Notes under the pieces: model-generated | Seen by the model: only the letters and a program-made list of their open reading frames with translations | What the model was told of the DNA's origin: nothing | Databases searched by the model: none | Shown here: one piece after another, positions 52,026 to 62,525 of the stretch | How the letters are laid out: the number at the start of each line of letters is the position of its first letter | Position numbering within the stretch: the stretch's first letter is position 1 | Assembly (NCBI GenBank): GCA_013239625.1 | Contig: MU054323.1 | Coordinates: forward strand, 7,119,220 to 7,183,219 | Origin: Lama guanicoe | Taxonomy: Eukaryota | Length of the DNA: 64,000 nucleotides | Direction: 5' to 3' | Program-made: the position numbers and the translations under genes

Positions 52026-53062
52026 GTAAGTGGGGGGCCCCCAAGGAGGGGAGGGCGAGGCTGGGTCCTGGGGAGGCGGGTGCGTGTGCAGCTCCCCCAT
52101 CTGCTGCCTCCAAGTACGATTCAGTACAGACATGAGGGCAGAGGCTGGTGGCTTCCTCTAAACTCCTCACAGCTACCAAACCTGCAATTAAAAGTCCCCC
52201 TCTCCTCACAGGGGTCAGTCTTCTATCTCACGAACCCTCTTTCTATTGATGGCTGCTGGTAAAAGCAGTCAGTTGAGGGTCCTGGCCAGTCAGACAGGTA
52301 AAAAGCAATTTTAATTGGTATAAATAGTTTGACAATTTTTTGGTGGCATGTGATACACAAAGAACAAGTTGACCAATGAAAGCTATTAAGAACAAACCAT
52401 AGCAATATTTATTTAATAATGGCAATAGATTTTGAGATGCAGTATTACCTCATCTGGATTATCGGTCAGTGAAGTATCCTGAATTAGAGGATTTTTCTGA
52501 TAACCGATGACAAATCGTGCCTTCAAAATGTCAAACCTTTTTTATTTCTGTCGTCACTGATGGTACTCTTTCTGAACGTCCCCACTGCTCTTCCTCCTTA
52601 AGCTAGGCGCGATGAATGTATTTGATGCCCTCCCCCCGCCATTTTTATTCATTTTGGATAAGAAGTGGAGTATGTAGAAGCCTTAAACTAAATGGCCTCA
52701 GACTGCTCTGCCGTAGAGGCTCTGTGCTGGCCTTTGTGGTCTGTCTGACTTTCCCATTGTCGATGTCTCTTTTCAAATTACCCTGAGTACTTCCTGTTCC
52801 AGGAACTCATGTTTGAGTCCCAGTGGCAGGGCAGCTACATGGGGCTTTAGCCTTGCCTAAGGGTCCACTTAACTAGTTTTCAAACTCTTAGGCAAGGAAG
52901 GGTGCTGAAGCTTCAGGCAGAATCAGGAAAGGGTCTGGCCTTCCCAGGGGCCAAGTGATGGCACCGCACCCTCCATGCCCCAAGCCCCTCATCAGCAGAG
53001 GGGAGAGCAGGGCTGCAATCGCGGACCACATCCATGGGTTGACCTGGGTCTCTGTGCCCCAG

Positions 53063-53169
53063 TGGACAGTGTAGCGGTCGAGGAGCAGGAGCGTGAACGG
53101 CGGCGACAGGTGGTGGAGAAGTTCCAGAAGGCACCCTTTGAGGAGATTGCAGCGCACTGCGGGGCCCGG
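53063..53169 (+). CDS. EFR3B: EFR3B exon 21 (107 nt), DSVAVEEQERERRRQVVEKFQKAPFEEIAAHCGAR
   Basis: ccccag|TG and CGG|gtaagt. Confidence 0.96.
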
Positions 53170-54467
53170 GTAAGTGAGGCGTAACAGGGCCGGTCCCGGG
53201 ACCAGACACTGGATGTGGGTCCAGGCCAGGACTGAGTTTCTAGGAGATCTTGGTTGTCATCCAGAAATTAGAGTTTAGATCCCCAAAATGCCCTGGCACT
53301 ACATTGTTTCCCCTAGAACCAAAAGCTATCAGTCACACACCCCTCCAGACATCACAGTTTTCATATAAGGAAGTCCTGAACTCAGGATCTCCAGGGCCAA
53401 GCAGACAGATTATAATAATTATAATCGTCAGAGCAAGTTTACGGAAATAGCCCTCACTCTGCACCGGAGAGTCTTACATTTATCAGTTTATCTCCTTCTC
53501 GTGACAACTCTGCAAGGACGTTGCCCCCATTAGGATCCTCAGATTCCCGAGTGACGGGAAGGGGCCGGGTCACAGGAAAGGTGGCCAGCGTTTGCAAAAG
53601 GGCCCATTTTCAACGGGGCGACCCTGGTGGGTGGAAAGGAACCTCTTGAAAAAGAGGTTTGAAAGAGAGAGTACCAGACAAGTAGAAAGAAGAACTGTGT
53701 CTGTAATTTCGGGAAGAGCACAAAATGATATGCCAGGATTGGTTAGTCCCAGTGTCCATCTTAGTAACAATGAAACATAACTGTAAACGTCCAAAATCTA
53801 CAAATAACTGATATTTTATTGTACTTTTTCCCCCTCAATAAAAGTACATGTAATTTTCTTTCCTGTTAAATGTTTCTAATATATATACTTCTCATATTTT
53901 ATAGTAATTATATATAGTAATAGAATTATAATAATATATATATAAATACGTGTAAGTATAATATAGATTTTTCTGAGCCTACATTCTGGTAACGTTTTGT
54001 TCCATCTCGAGAGGTAGATGCTGCCTATTTCATGAGCTCAGAGTTGAGGCCCAGTTATTGAACACACACTCAGTCTCATTCTCTGCGCACATGGGCTTAT
54101 TTGGAGTCAGAAGGAACCAGAGAGCATCTTCCCTAACACAGCAGCTTTGCACAGCTGTTCTGTGGGAGTTAAGGAGCTCTGAGCCTCCTGACCCCCTGCC
54201 CAGGGTCCTTCCAGAACTGTTGCTGAAGTCGTTCCTGGCGCTCCTGGCCTCTGTGCTGTCCCCAGCAGGCCTTTGCTGGGCAGCTTTGCCTGATCTGAAC
54301 CCATTGCCAGGGTCCACAGAGAAGTGCTGGAAACGAGCTCCCACCAGTTTCTTTCCTAAAGCTCCCTGCCCTGCACCTGCAGTGCATGCTCTGGACAGGT
54401 GGGCTTGGGAGTCAGCTGGCAGGGATGCGGGGAGACCCCAGCTCTCGTTCCCTCTGTTTGTGTCTAG

Positions 54468-54517
54468 GCATCACTGCTGCAGAGCAAACTCAATCAGATC
54501 TTTGAAATCACCATCCG
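54468..54517 (+). CDS. EFR3B: EFR3B exon 22 (50 nt), ASLLQSKLNQIFEITI(R)
   Basis: gtctag|GCA and CG|gtaagt; read manually. Confidence 0.94.
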
Positions 54518-54971
54518 GTAAGTGGCAGCCCTGGGCAAGGGACCCCCACCTCTGTGGCTCAGCATAGGGACGTCCCCCTTCCCCCAAGTTCTACTCTCGC
54601 ACCTGTTTTCAGCCCTCCCTGACTTCAGCCTCTGTCTCCAGGGCTGGAGTTGTACCAACTCTCTCCAGATAAGGAGACAGAGACTGAAGGGAGAAAGAGA
54701 CAGTTCAGTGAACCCTGGAAAAGAGCCGGGAGTCCTTGTGTCCCAGGCTGGTACTTCACTTTCGAAAGCAACAGAGTCACTGTAGAAGCTGCAATGAAGC
54801 TTGATTTCAAGCTGTAGATTCTAGAACGGCTTGAAACCTGGGACCCCATGGGGTGACAAAGTCACTGGTCCCTATTCAAAGAGAAATCCCAATCAGCTGC
54901 TCTGTTGGTTGCATGGGAGGAACCCCAGAACCCCCTCCTCATGCCCTCTCCTCCATGTGTTTCTGCCCCAG

Positions 54972-55077
54972 GCCCCCACCAAGCCCTTCAGGAACCATCA
55001 CTGCAGCCTACGGCCAGCCTCAGAACCACTCCATCCCTGTCTATGAGATGAAGTTTCCTGATCTGTGTGTATACTGA
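54972..55077 (+). CDS. EFR3B: EFR3B exon 23 coding part (106 nt), PPPSPSGTITAAYGQPQNHSIPVYEMKFPDLCVY*
   Basis: ccccag|G acceptor; conserved EFR3 C-terminus followed by TGA. Confidence 0.96.
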
Positions 55078-58000
55078 ATTCCAAGACACAGGCTTCTCTG
55101 AGGGATGGGGTTAGAGGGAGGGGCTTGCCTTCACACCTACCCCTACAACACGGAAATCTAACTGGGCTCTCAGAGAAAAGGCACTTCCCCAGCTGAGCAA
55201 GGCGGATCCCGTCTTGCCCCTTCTCAGCCTCCGTGCTTCCTCTTTGTCTTCCCCGAGGAAGCTCCAGCCACCTGCTCCTCTGGGGCCAATAAGCTTCTCA
55301 CCTGTGCCCTTTGTCTCCTCCTTTGTGTCCGCCCGGGACTGAGAGTTGTGGGGGTCTCCAGAGAGAGGCTGAGATCCCAGGAAGCTCCTACTTGTGTAGT
55401 AAGTGAAGGGCTTTCATGGGGGTGGGCCTGGGTGGGGCACAGCTGCCAGTTCCCCAGGAGGGAAGCAGATGGAGACACCCTTGTTCAAAGGAAGCCTTAG
55501 ACTACAATAAAGAGGAAGCAAGGCCGGCTCCTCCTGCAAAGCGGCAGGGAGCCAGCCAGAAGAGGGGCCCTGATCTCCTTCAGAGCATCCCCTTCCTCCT
55601 TCCCCATTTGAGGATTCTAAGGCCCTTGACACTCTGGTGTCTCTTCCACTCTCCTGCTCACCCTATCGGTTGCTTCTCCATGATTCTTTCTATCATTAAG
55701 TAATATTGAGTCCTTATAGCAGGGGCTGGGGTAGAGACACCGTGGGGGGCAGCTAAGGGTAAATGAAGGGCCAGCAGCCCACTGATAGAGGGGGCTGCTC
55801 TCTGCAGGCTGGGCGGCGGGACCAGGGAGCAGAAGCATGGTCCCCTCTCCTGTAGAGCAGTAGCAGGCAGAAGTGGGCACATCCACAGCCATCTGTAGCA
55901 TCTCCCCTCCTCTGTACGGAGGGAGCTTGCTTGGCCCTCCCGTGGTTCTCTCTCTTCTGGATGTTCTTCTGAGTTGAGTTCTTTCTCTTTGATGCCTTTC
56001 TTCCTGAGGATCCCAATGTGTTTCTACAGTCTCTGGGGCTAGGGGAGGGCAGAACAATATAATCTGGTTCTAGACAACTCAAAAGGAGGAGGGACAGCAG
56101 GGGCTCTAGGCCTGCCTACATCACCTCCTCTAGAGGAGGCTCCCAGCCTGGCTGGGAGGATGGGAAGGGAGGTGAGTGGAGGGAGTAGCTCTTTGGGGCT
56201 CAAGGATATCAGAAGTCAACCTTTTAGATGTTTCACTCGGGCAAAGAAGGATCCAGCACCTAATATTGGCGTGATTTCTTCACTCCAGTCACAGAGTCTG
56301 GACATCAGCGCAGCTAGCAAAGCGGAGGCCCGGGGAGAGGCAGTGGAGACCCCTTTGGGTTCTGAGTTTCTGTTTTCCCTGAGTGCCACCTGCACATCTG
56401 TGTGGGGCAGGAGCTAGTGCAGAGCTTGACGGCCAAATTTGCTGTGTTCTCCGTCCCCCACTCTACCCGCTCCCAGTCCTTTCCCTCCCTCCCGGGCCTT
56501 TGTGCCTCCAGAGCCACCTCTGGCCCAGCCTCACCTGGGCCTCTGCCTGTGGCAGCACCTGTGACCCAAAATAGCCCTTTTCTTCTTTTCCAGTCAAAAC
56601 TTCCCTTGACTTTCCTGAGCCAATATGACTCACAGTGAAGTGAGAATGGTCTCCTCCCTGGAGAATTTGCTTTTGAAAAGAGGGAGGGTGAGTAGATTTC
56701 TTGATCCAAAGGAACCCCTTTGTAGGGCACAACTTTACGCAGCATCGGGTAGGGTCGGAAGCAGGCGATTTCCACTACAGGGAGGGCAGTCTTCTCGGGA
56801 CACCCTCGGTTCACACCCGTGTACGTGGCCCTGCACAGATGCACTGAGAGCCTGCTTATCAGGACAGAGAGGTGTATTTGCCCAAAGCAGGAGTATCTCA
56901 ACATACGTACTTTCCCATTACATGTGCAATACATTTCTCGGGCAGGGGGGCTGTCTGACCCTCGTTCCTATAGTTTCCCCCCTTGGTCACTGCCTCTGTG
57001 CTGTGAGCCTGTGGCTTCCAGATGGGCTACACGATTGCAGGGCTTCTGCTCCCCCCACGGCTTTGGCTCTGCTCTGTGGCTTTTGGCTAATGCCAACTCA
57101 ACTTTATAAGCATGAACTGAGATTTCTCTTTACCTTAATATCTGTTTATTAAGAAAGCAAATTTAAAATAACTAGAAACAAGCGTAAAGACAAATAACCT
57201 TTGGAAGAAACTTTACAGAAAATCTAAACCTTGAGCCACAAATATGTCTTTATTCACTGGATTGTCCCGTCTTTCTCCCCTACTCAGATTGGGTGAGAAA
57301 CCCTGTTTCTCCCTCGTGTCTGTCTGACTTTAGGGTCCACCCCATGGCACCTGCAGCCTGAGCACTGCCCGAGGGCCCTGGTTCTGGGACTTGGGGGTCA
57401 TTCCTGAAGCCTCTTTTTAGAGCCCGCACTAGAACCAGAGACCTCCAGGGCCACTCAGCTGTCTCTCCCTCATCCCCACCCGGGGACTAGAGGGTAGAAA
57501 AAGGGGCAGGATTCCCATTCTTCATGCACTCCAGTGCTGTCTCCTCTGTGTCTGTCCAAAGCAGCTTTTTCTTTATATCACCACTCCCTAGCAAACATGT
57601 GCTTCTTTTGGAGACCTGGCCAAATTTTCAGTGCCCCTCTTCACAGTTTCAGTTTAAACTTTAACTCAGTAGAATAGGAGGTTGCCTAGTGACATGGAGT
57701 AGAATCTAGATTCTGCCCAAATATGCTTCAGAATCAGAAAGTTTAAGGTGAGCCTTAACTGGAACAAACAATTAAATGGTAAATTAAGCTGAAATCTAAT
57801 TTTGTGCTGAAACAAGGCATCTTCCTTACATCTGGGGAGAAGGCTTAAAGCAGTGTGATACTTCTTCATTTCATGAGCCCTAGAAATCTTCTAGTTAAAG
57901 TACCCCTTATCCCAAATCTGGCCTATGTCTGAAGCTGGCAGAAGAATGGTCATGATGGGGCCTGCCAGCTGGGGAAGTGGGGAGGGGACACACTTGTGGG

Positions 58001-58525
58001 AGGGGCTCTGTGGCCTGTTAGGGCCAGAAGGCAGTTTTCTGTGTTCTCCTTTAGCACCAGCCAGGTTGACCAGGTCTTTTCTCCTTCAGGGGACTTTGGG
58101 GTTTTAGCCCATCACCTTCCCCTTTTGGGCTCTTCCTCCCAAAGGCTGTTGGTTCTGGCCTATAGAGTGCAGAGTTGTAAATCCAGAAATGCTGCAGCAT
58201 TACACGGACATTGTAACATGTCCATGTCCATCCAGACCTTCACAACCTGGCTGAGGGTGTGTGTGCCCATGTGTGTGCATGTGTGTGTAATGTAGTTCAT
58301 AGCTGACGATGTGTGTATATAATAGCTGATGTATTTATATGTGAGTGCAGATTTAGTGTCTGTGGCAGTTTTCTGTATTTTAAACTCACTGAATCAAATT
58401 AGTTTAATTTTAAGGAAGGGGAAGGAAGAGCGGGGGGAGGGGGGAGGAAGAAGGACTCTCAGCAAGATTATTCTTTAGGACTGTTAGTCGTGGTTTCCCA
58501 ATGAGCCGTCACAATGCCCTTTTCA

Positions 58526-58531
58526 AATAAA
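58526..58531 (+). terminator. EFR3B: Probable EFR3B polyadenylation signal (AATAAA)
   Basis: AATAAA followed by GT/T-rich sequence (ggttgtctatttgatttcttt), at the end of a largely repeat-free 3.4 kb stretch after the stop. Confidence 0.7.
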
Positions 58532-60417
58532 TGTTAATGTTGTCACTCCACGGTTGTCTATTTGATTTCTTTAAAGTAAATGGTTTTTTGAGATGCGAAC
58601 AGGATCTGAAAATATCGCCAGCATTAACCACCAACATTTAACCACTCCCACCTACCATAACTTGCCTCAAAAGGAAGGAGGGTAAAGGAGAGTGTGCTAT
58701 CAAGATGTACACACAAGGCCCAGGATTCCCAAGAAGGAAGCATCCTCAAATGGGAAGGCCAGGGCCATTTCTTCATTAGTGACTAGAATCTAGTCCCATT
58801 GCATGTAACCCACACTGGGGGGAGATTCTGGCTTTCTGGTTCCCCTTATACCAGGACTCCCCAGCTGCATTCCAGTTTTCTTTAATTGTGAACCCCTAGA
58901 GCATCAAAATATGGGAGGGCCATACAGAAATATTCCCCAGCCGGCTTTGATCTGTATCATCCACTGGTGGGTCTGATGCAGTTGACGTGGAGGTGTGCCT
59001 CTCTGTGTATCAAGTGTCCATGAGTCTCTTGTGAATTGTAAATGTGTGTGGCTACAAACCTGTGGCCCCAACATTGTCAAAACACCATGGGAACATACAG
59101 AAGAAGCACAACCCCTGGCCTCCACCCTTGTGGAGCTTAGACTTTCCCTGGGAAAAGAGCATAAGACATATGTGCAGCAAGAAACTTGCCATCTGAGCTG
59201 GACTGAATTCCCTCCAGTACAGGGGGGATGGCTGACTGCAGCAACACTGAAAATGAGCAGGCTTGGCTGGAAGAGATCCCAACTTTCCCAGCAGAAGTGG
59301 ACTTGAGCCTGGGTTCATGTGAAAAAAGGGTAATGTTCAAAACGGCAGGGGATGGTGGGGAATTCCTGGCAGAGGGTGACAGAGATCAGGAGAAGAGTGA
59401 GAAGACCACAGAAATGGGGTTTGATAAGGAGAGTGAATCTGACCCACAATGGCCCTGCATGTGCCATGCCCAGTAGTTTGGAACTGATGGAAAAGTGGGG
59501 TGGGGCGACTTTTTTGTCTCTTGGGTCAGGGAGTGCAGAAAAAGCAAGTTTTTGTATACACTGATGTGAAGAATTTGTACAATGGGTTGGGGAGGAAGAC
59601 AACTGGAGACGAGGACACCAGTTGGTTAGGAAGCCGTTAGGATAGTCAAAGCCTGAGCCAGGAGCACCGAGGATGAAGAGAAGGCTGCGGCTGGACCACA
59701 TGGGGAGGAGAGAGCTTGGGCATGACCACGACACTGGTGAAAGATAAACCTCATAGCTTGAGCCCCAGCGACTGGAAGAAGCATCCGTGCATATTGCATT
59801 GTATTTATGCAGACGTGTCTCCATGGGTGTGTTATCTATGTGGGTGAGACCCTGTGTAGGAGAGTATCTGTGTGTAGGCTGGGAGGGCAGTCAAATGTGA
59901 AGGGATACCAACCCTCAGCTCTCACACATAAGCCTCTCGGTGATAAAAAGATCATACCCATTTTCTCATTGATCCTCACGATAGCTCTTACAGTAGGAAG
60001 GAAAGGGTAAATGAGAGAACTAAATCTTGGAAAACTTCAGAGACTTGCCTAAGGCCCCACAGATAGCTAGAAGCCATATGGGAGGCATTTCCACAGCTTC
60101 TCACCTTGGAGAAATCCTGCCGTTTGACGCACCTGCTAACTGAGCAGTCTTTTCCCATCCAGTGGAGAAGGGGAAGTGCAGCCACCTTGAGGCATCACCC
60201 AAACCGTTTGGTCCCTTGAAGACCCATTTATTAGGAGTGCGGAAGAAAGTACATTTTCTTTTCACTTCCCCTATATCCTATGAAACATACTACCACTTGG
60301 TCACATGGAAACCACGAGCTCTCCTCCAATGTGTGCTGCTCTTTGATGGTTATGTTTTTCTATTTTATTAACCCAATCAATATTCAAAGTCGGAGTAGGA
60401 AGTGAAACTTTAAAGGT

Positions 60418-60423
60418 TTTATT
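60418..60423 (-). terminator. POMC: POMC polyadenylation signal (AATAAA on minus strand)
   Basis: TTTATT on + strand about 155 nt past the POMC stop, consistent with the short POMC 3'UTR. Confidence 0.85.
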
Positions 60424-60576
60424 TCCTAGCTACAGACAGCTTTAAGAGACAGAATACCTGCCACCATCACCGCCTGGGCAACTCCACGCCCAGGCTGCGA
60501 CGTGGCAGGAAGGAAGGAAAGGAGAGGAGCTTTAGGGTTGACTTCCCAGGAAGAGAAGCCCCTGCCCGCGGCGCCC

Positions 60577-61066
60577 TCACTGGCCCTTCTTGTGGGCGTT
60601 CTTCATGATGGCATTTTTGAACAGGGTCACCAGGGGCGTCTGGCTCTTCTCCGAGGTCATGAATCCGCCGTAGCGCTTGTCCTTGGGCGGGCTGCCCCAG
60701 CGGAAGTGCTGCATCTTATAGGGACCCCCGTCCTTCTTCTCGGCCCCCTCGGCCTCCGCCACCAGGCCATACTCCAGCTCGGCCTGGGCGGTCGCGCCCT
60801 CGGCCGGGGCCTCGGGGCCGAGCGCAGCCTCGGGCCGCTCCCCGGCCAGCTCCCTCTTGAACTCGAGGGGGAAGGCCTCGGCCGACTCGTCCTCGACGCC
60901 GTTGGGATACACCTTCACCGGGCGCCGCTTCTTGCCCACCGGCTTGCCCCAGCGGAAGTGCTCCATGGAGTAGGAGCGCTTGCCCTCGCGCGGGCCCGGC
61001 TCGGCGCCATCGCCGCGGGGCCCGGGGCCGGCGCCCGCCGCCCCTTCCTCCTCGCCCTTCTGGCCT

Positions 61067-61109
<43 letters not shown>

Positions 61110-61260
61110 TGCTGCTGCCGTTCCGATTGCCGAAGCGGTCCCAGCGGAAGTGGCCCATGACGTATTTCCGGGCGTTCTCGGTCAGCGGCTGCTCGTCGCC
61201 GTTGCCGGGGAACACGGGCGTCTCGGCCGAGAGGTCGGGCTTGCAGGCCAGGATGCACGC
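60577..61260 (-). CDS. POMC: POMC exon 3 coding part (227 aa + stop): gamma-MSH, joining peptide, ACTH/alpha-MSH/CLIP (60859-60975), beta-MSH (60679-60732), beta-endorphin (60580-60672)
   Basis: Three HFRW cores, [39 protein letters not shown]; acceptor ctctcccgcag|GCG with a CTGAC branch-like motif upstream. Confidence 0.99.
61069..61107 (-). repeat. POMC: Coding (GGC)13 trinucleotide repeat (poly-Gly) in POMC
   Basis: 13 uninterrupted GCC on + strand. Confidence 0.95.
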
Positions 61261-62386
61261 CTGCGGGAGAGCGGCGATCACGTCAGGCCCCGCGCCCCGC
61301 CGCCCCCTCCCCGCGGCGCGCCTGCCCTCCGCGCCCTCCGCACGTGCGGACCGCGAACGCGGCGTCTCTGCGCGGTAGCTTCCCTGCCGAGGACGTCCGT
61401 CCACCCCCGCTCCTTGGCACCCACGCACGTCCCGGACACAGCTCGGCCAGCGCCTCTTTTGTCTCCTGGACCCCTGATTTCTGTGCCTGGCAGCTACAAC
61501 AAAATCCCCTTTCCCCTCGGCGGTTTACTTGTCTCGTAGCTTTGTGGGCAGTGCCAACGTCTTAATCGTTATATGCCAGATATATAGGAATTCATCAATA
61601 AATGGCAGGTGGGTGGTAATAATGAATACTGAATACATAAATAGGGTTCAGTTCGAGTCTGGGAAGACCACTGGGTTGAAATTTAGGGGAGAATCTCCGC
61701 AGGTGAGAAAAGTAGAAGTCTGAGTTTTAGGGCCTGTATTTTCAATAATGCCTCAGCCTTCCCCCAGTGGTCTGCAAACCTGTCTCATGCCCTACCCCAG
61801 CCATCTCCCTCAAAACTGCACACATCTGGTACTTTCTCTGGTTCTTTCAAGTCTTCTGAGCTAATCCTGTAGTTTCCCCAATCAGTGAGCTTTGAGAGGG
61901 AGTGGTTCACTTCCCTGTCACCTCATTCTGTGTGGAAGGGCAGAAAGTCGGGATTATTTCCATTGTAGGGATCATGTAACCTGTGCCTCTGCTCCCTGTA
62001 ACTAGACAACTCAACTGTGGTACACATTTGCTTAGGAAAATGACCTCTAGGCTGCAGTCTTAGTTTTCAGTTACTTGGGACAGCAAAGAAGGAAACAGAA
62101 GGATCCCACTCACTCTGTTGAGCTGGAATTTCATACTCCGGGAATTTAGAAATATAACACTGCAGAATATTAACAGTGGGAATAAATTATCTCATACTCC
62201 TCTCCCCTGGACATATGATGAAACAAGAGCTCAGAGAGGACAAAGGAACTTGACAAGGTTCCACAGCCTATTGGTGTCAGAGCTGGGACTAGAACCCATG
62301 ATCTCTCACCATGGCCAGTGCTCCTTCCCTGGTGAGCTTTCAACAGGAGAGGCTGGGCAGTGGGTGTCTCTAATTAGGAGTCTCTT

Positions 62387-62525
62387 GGAGGGGAAGGGTA
62401 TAGCTTAGTGGTAGAGTATGTTTCTAGCATGTACAAGGTCCTAGGTTCAATCCCCAGTACCTCTATTAAAAAAAAAAAGATAAATAAATAAACCTAGTTA
62501 CCAAAAAAGTTTTTTTTTAAAAAAA
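62387..62525 (+). mobile_element. tRNA-derived SINE, long form, in POMC intron 2
   Basis: ggggaagggtatagcttagtggtagag...ggttcaatccccagtacctc, A tail, aaacctagttacc extension. Confidence 0.88.

Larger units (their letters stand above)
11469..58550 (+). other. EFR3B: EFR3B gene body, exons 2-23 plus 3'UTR (exon 1 upstream of window); plasma-membrane anchor of the PI4KA-TTC7-FAM126 complex
   Basis: 22 exons joined at GT-AG junctions total 2447 nt. Adding 7 nt (ATG TAC G) from the absent exon 1 gives 2454 nt = 817 aa + stop, matching recalled mammalian EFR3B. Synteny with POMC fits. The 3' end is approximate. Confidence 0.97.
60560..61450. promoter_or_regulatory. POMC: CpG island over POMC exon 3 and the intron 2 boundary
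   Basis: Very high GC and dense CpG by eye, extending ~190 nt into the intron; CpG obs/exp not computed. Confidence 0.8.

Noticed and set aside
52440..52499. Imperfect inverted termini suggesting a tiny Tigger-like MITE or hairpin RNA
   Set aside because: Match too weak to call by eye
56314..57152. 206-aa (-) and 175-aa (+) ORFs
   Set aside because: Lie within the EFR3B 3'UTR, with no family resemblance or splice support
61261..61428. N-terminal 56 aa of the 283-aa POMC ORF
   Set aside because: Intron 2 sequence upstream of the cag|GCG acceptor; the real N-terminus comes from exon 2
60502..61539. 345-aa + strand ORF, and the 180-aa and 132-aa overlapping ORFs
   Set aside because: Shadows of GC-rich POMC exon 3, where stop codons are rare in other frames; low-complexity products and non-ATG starts
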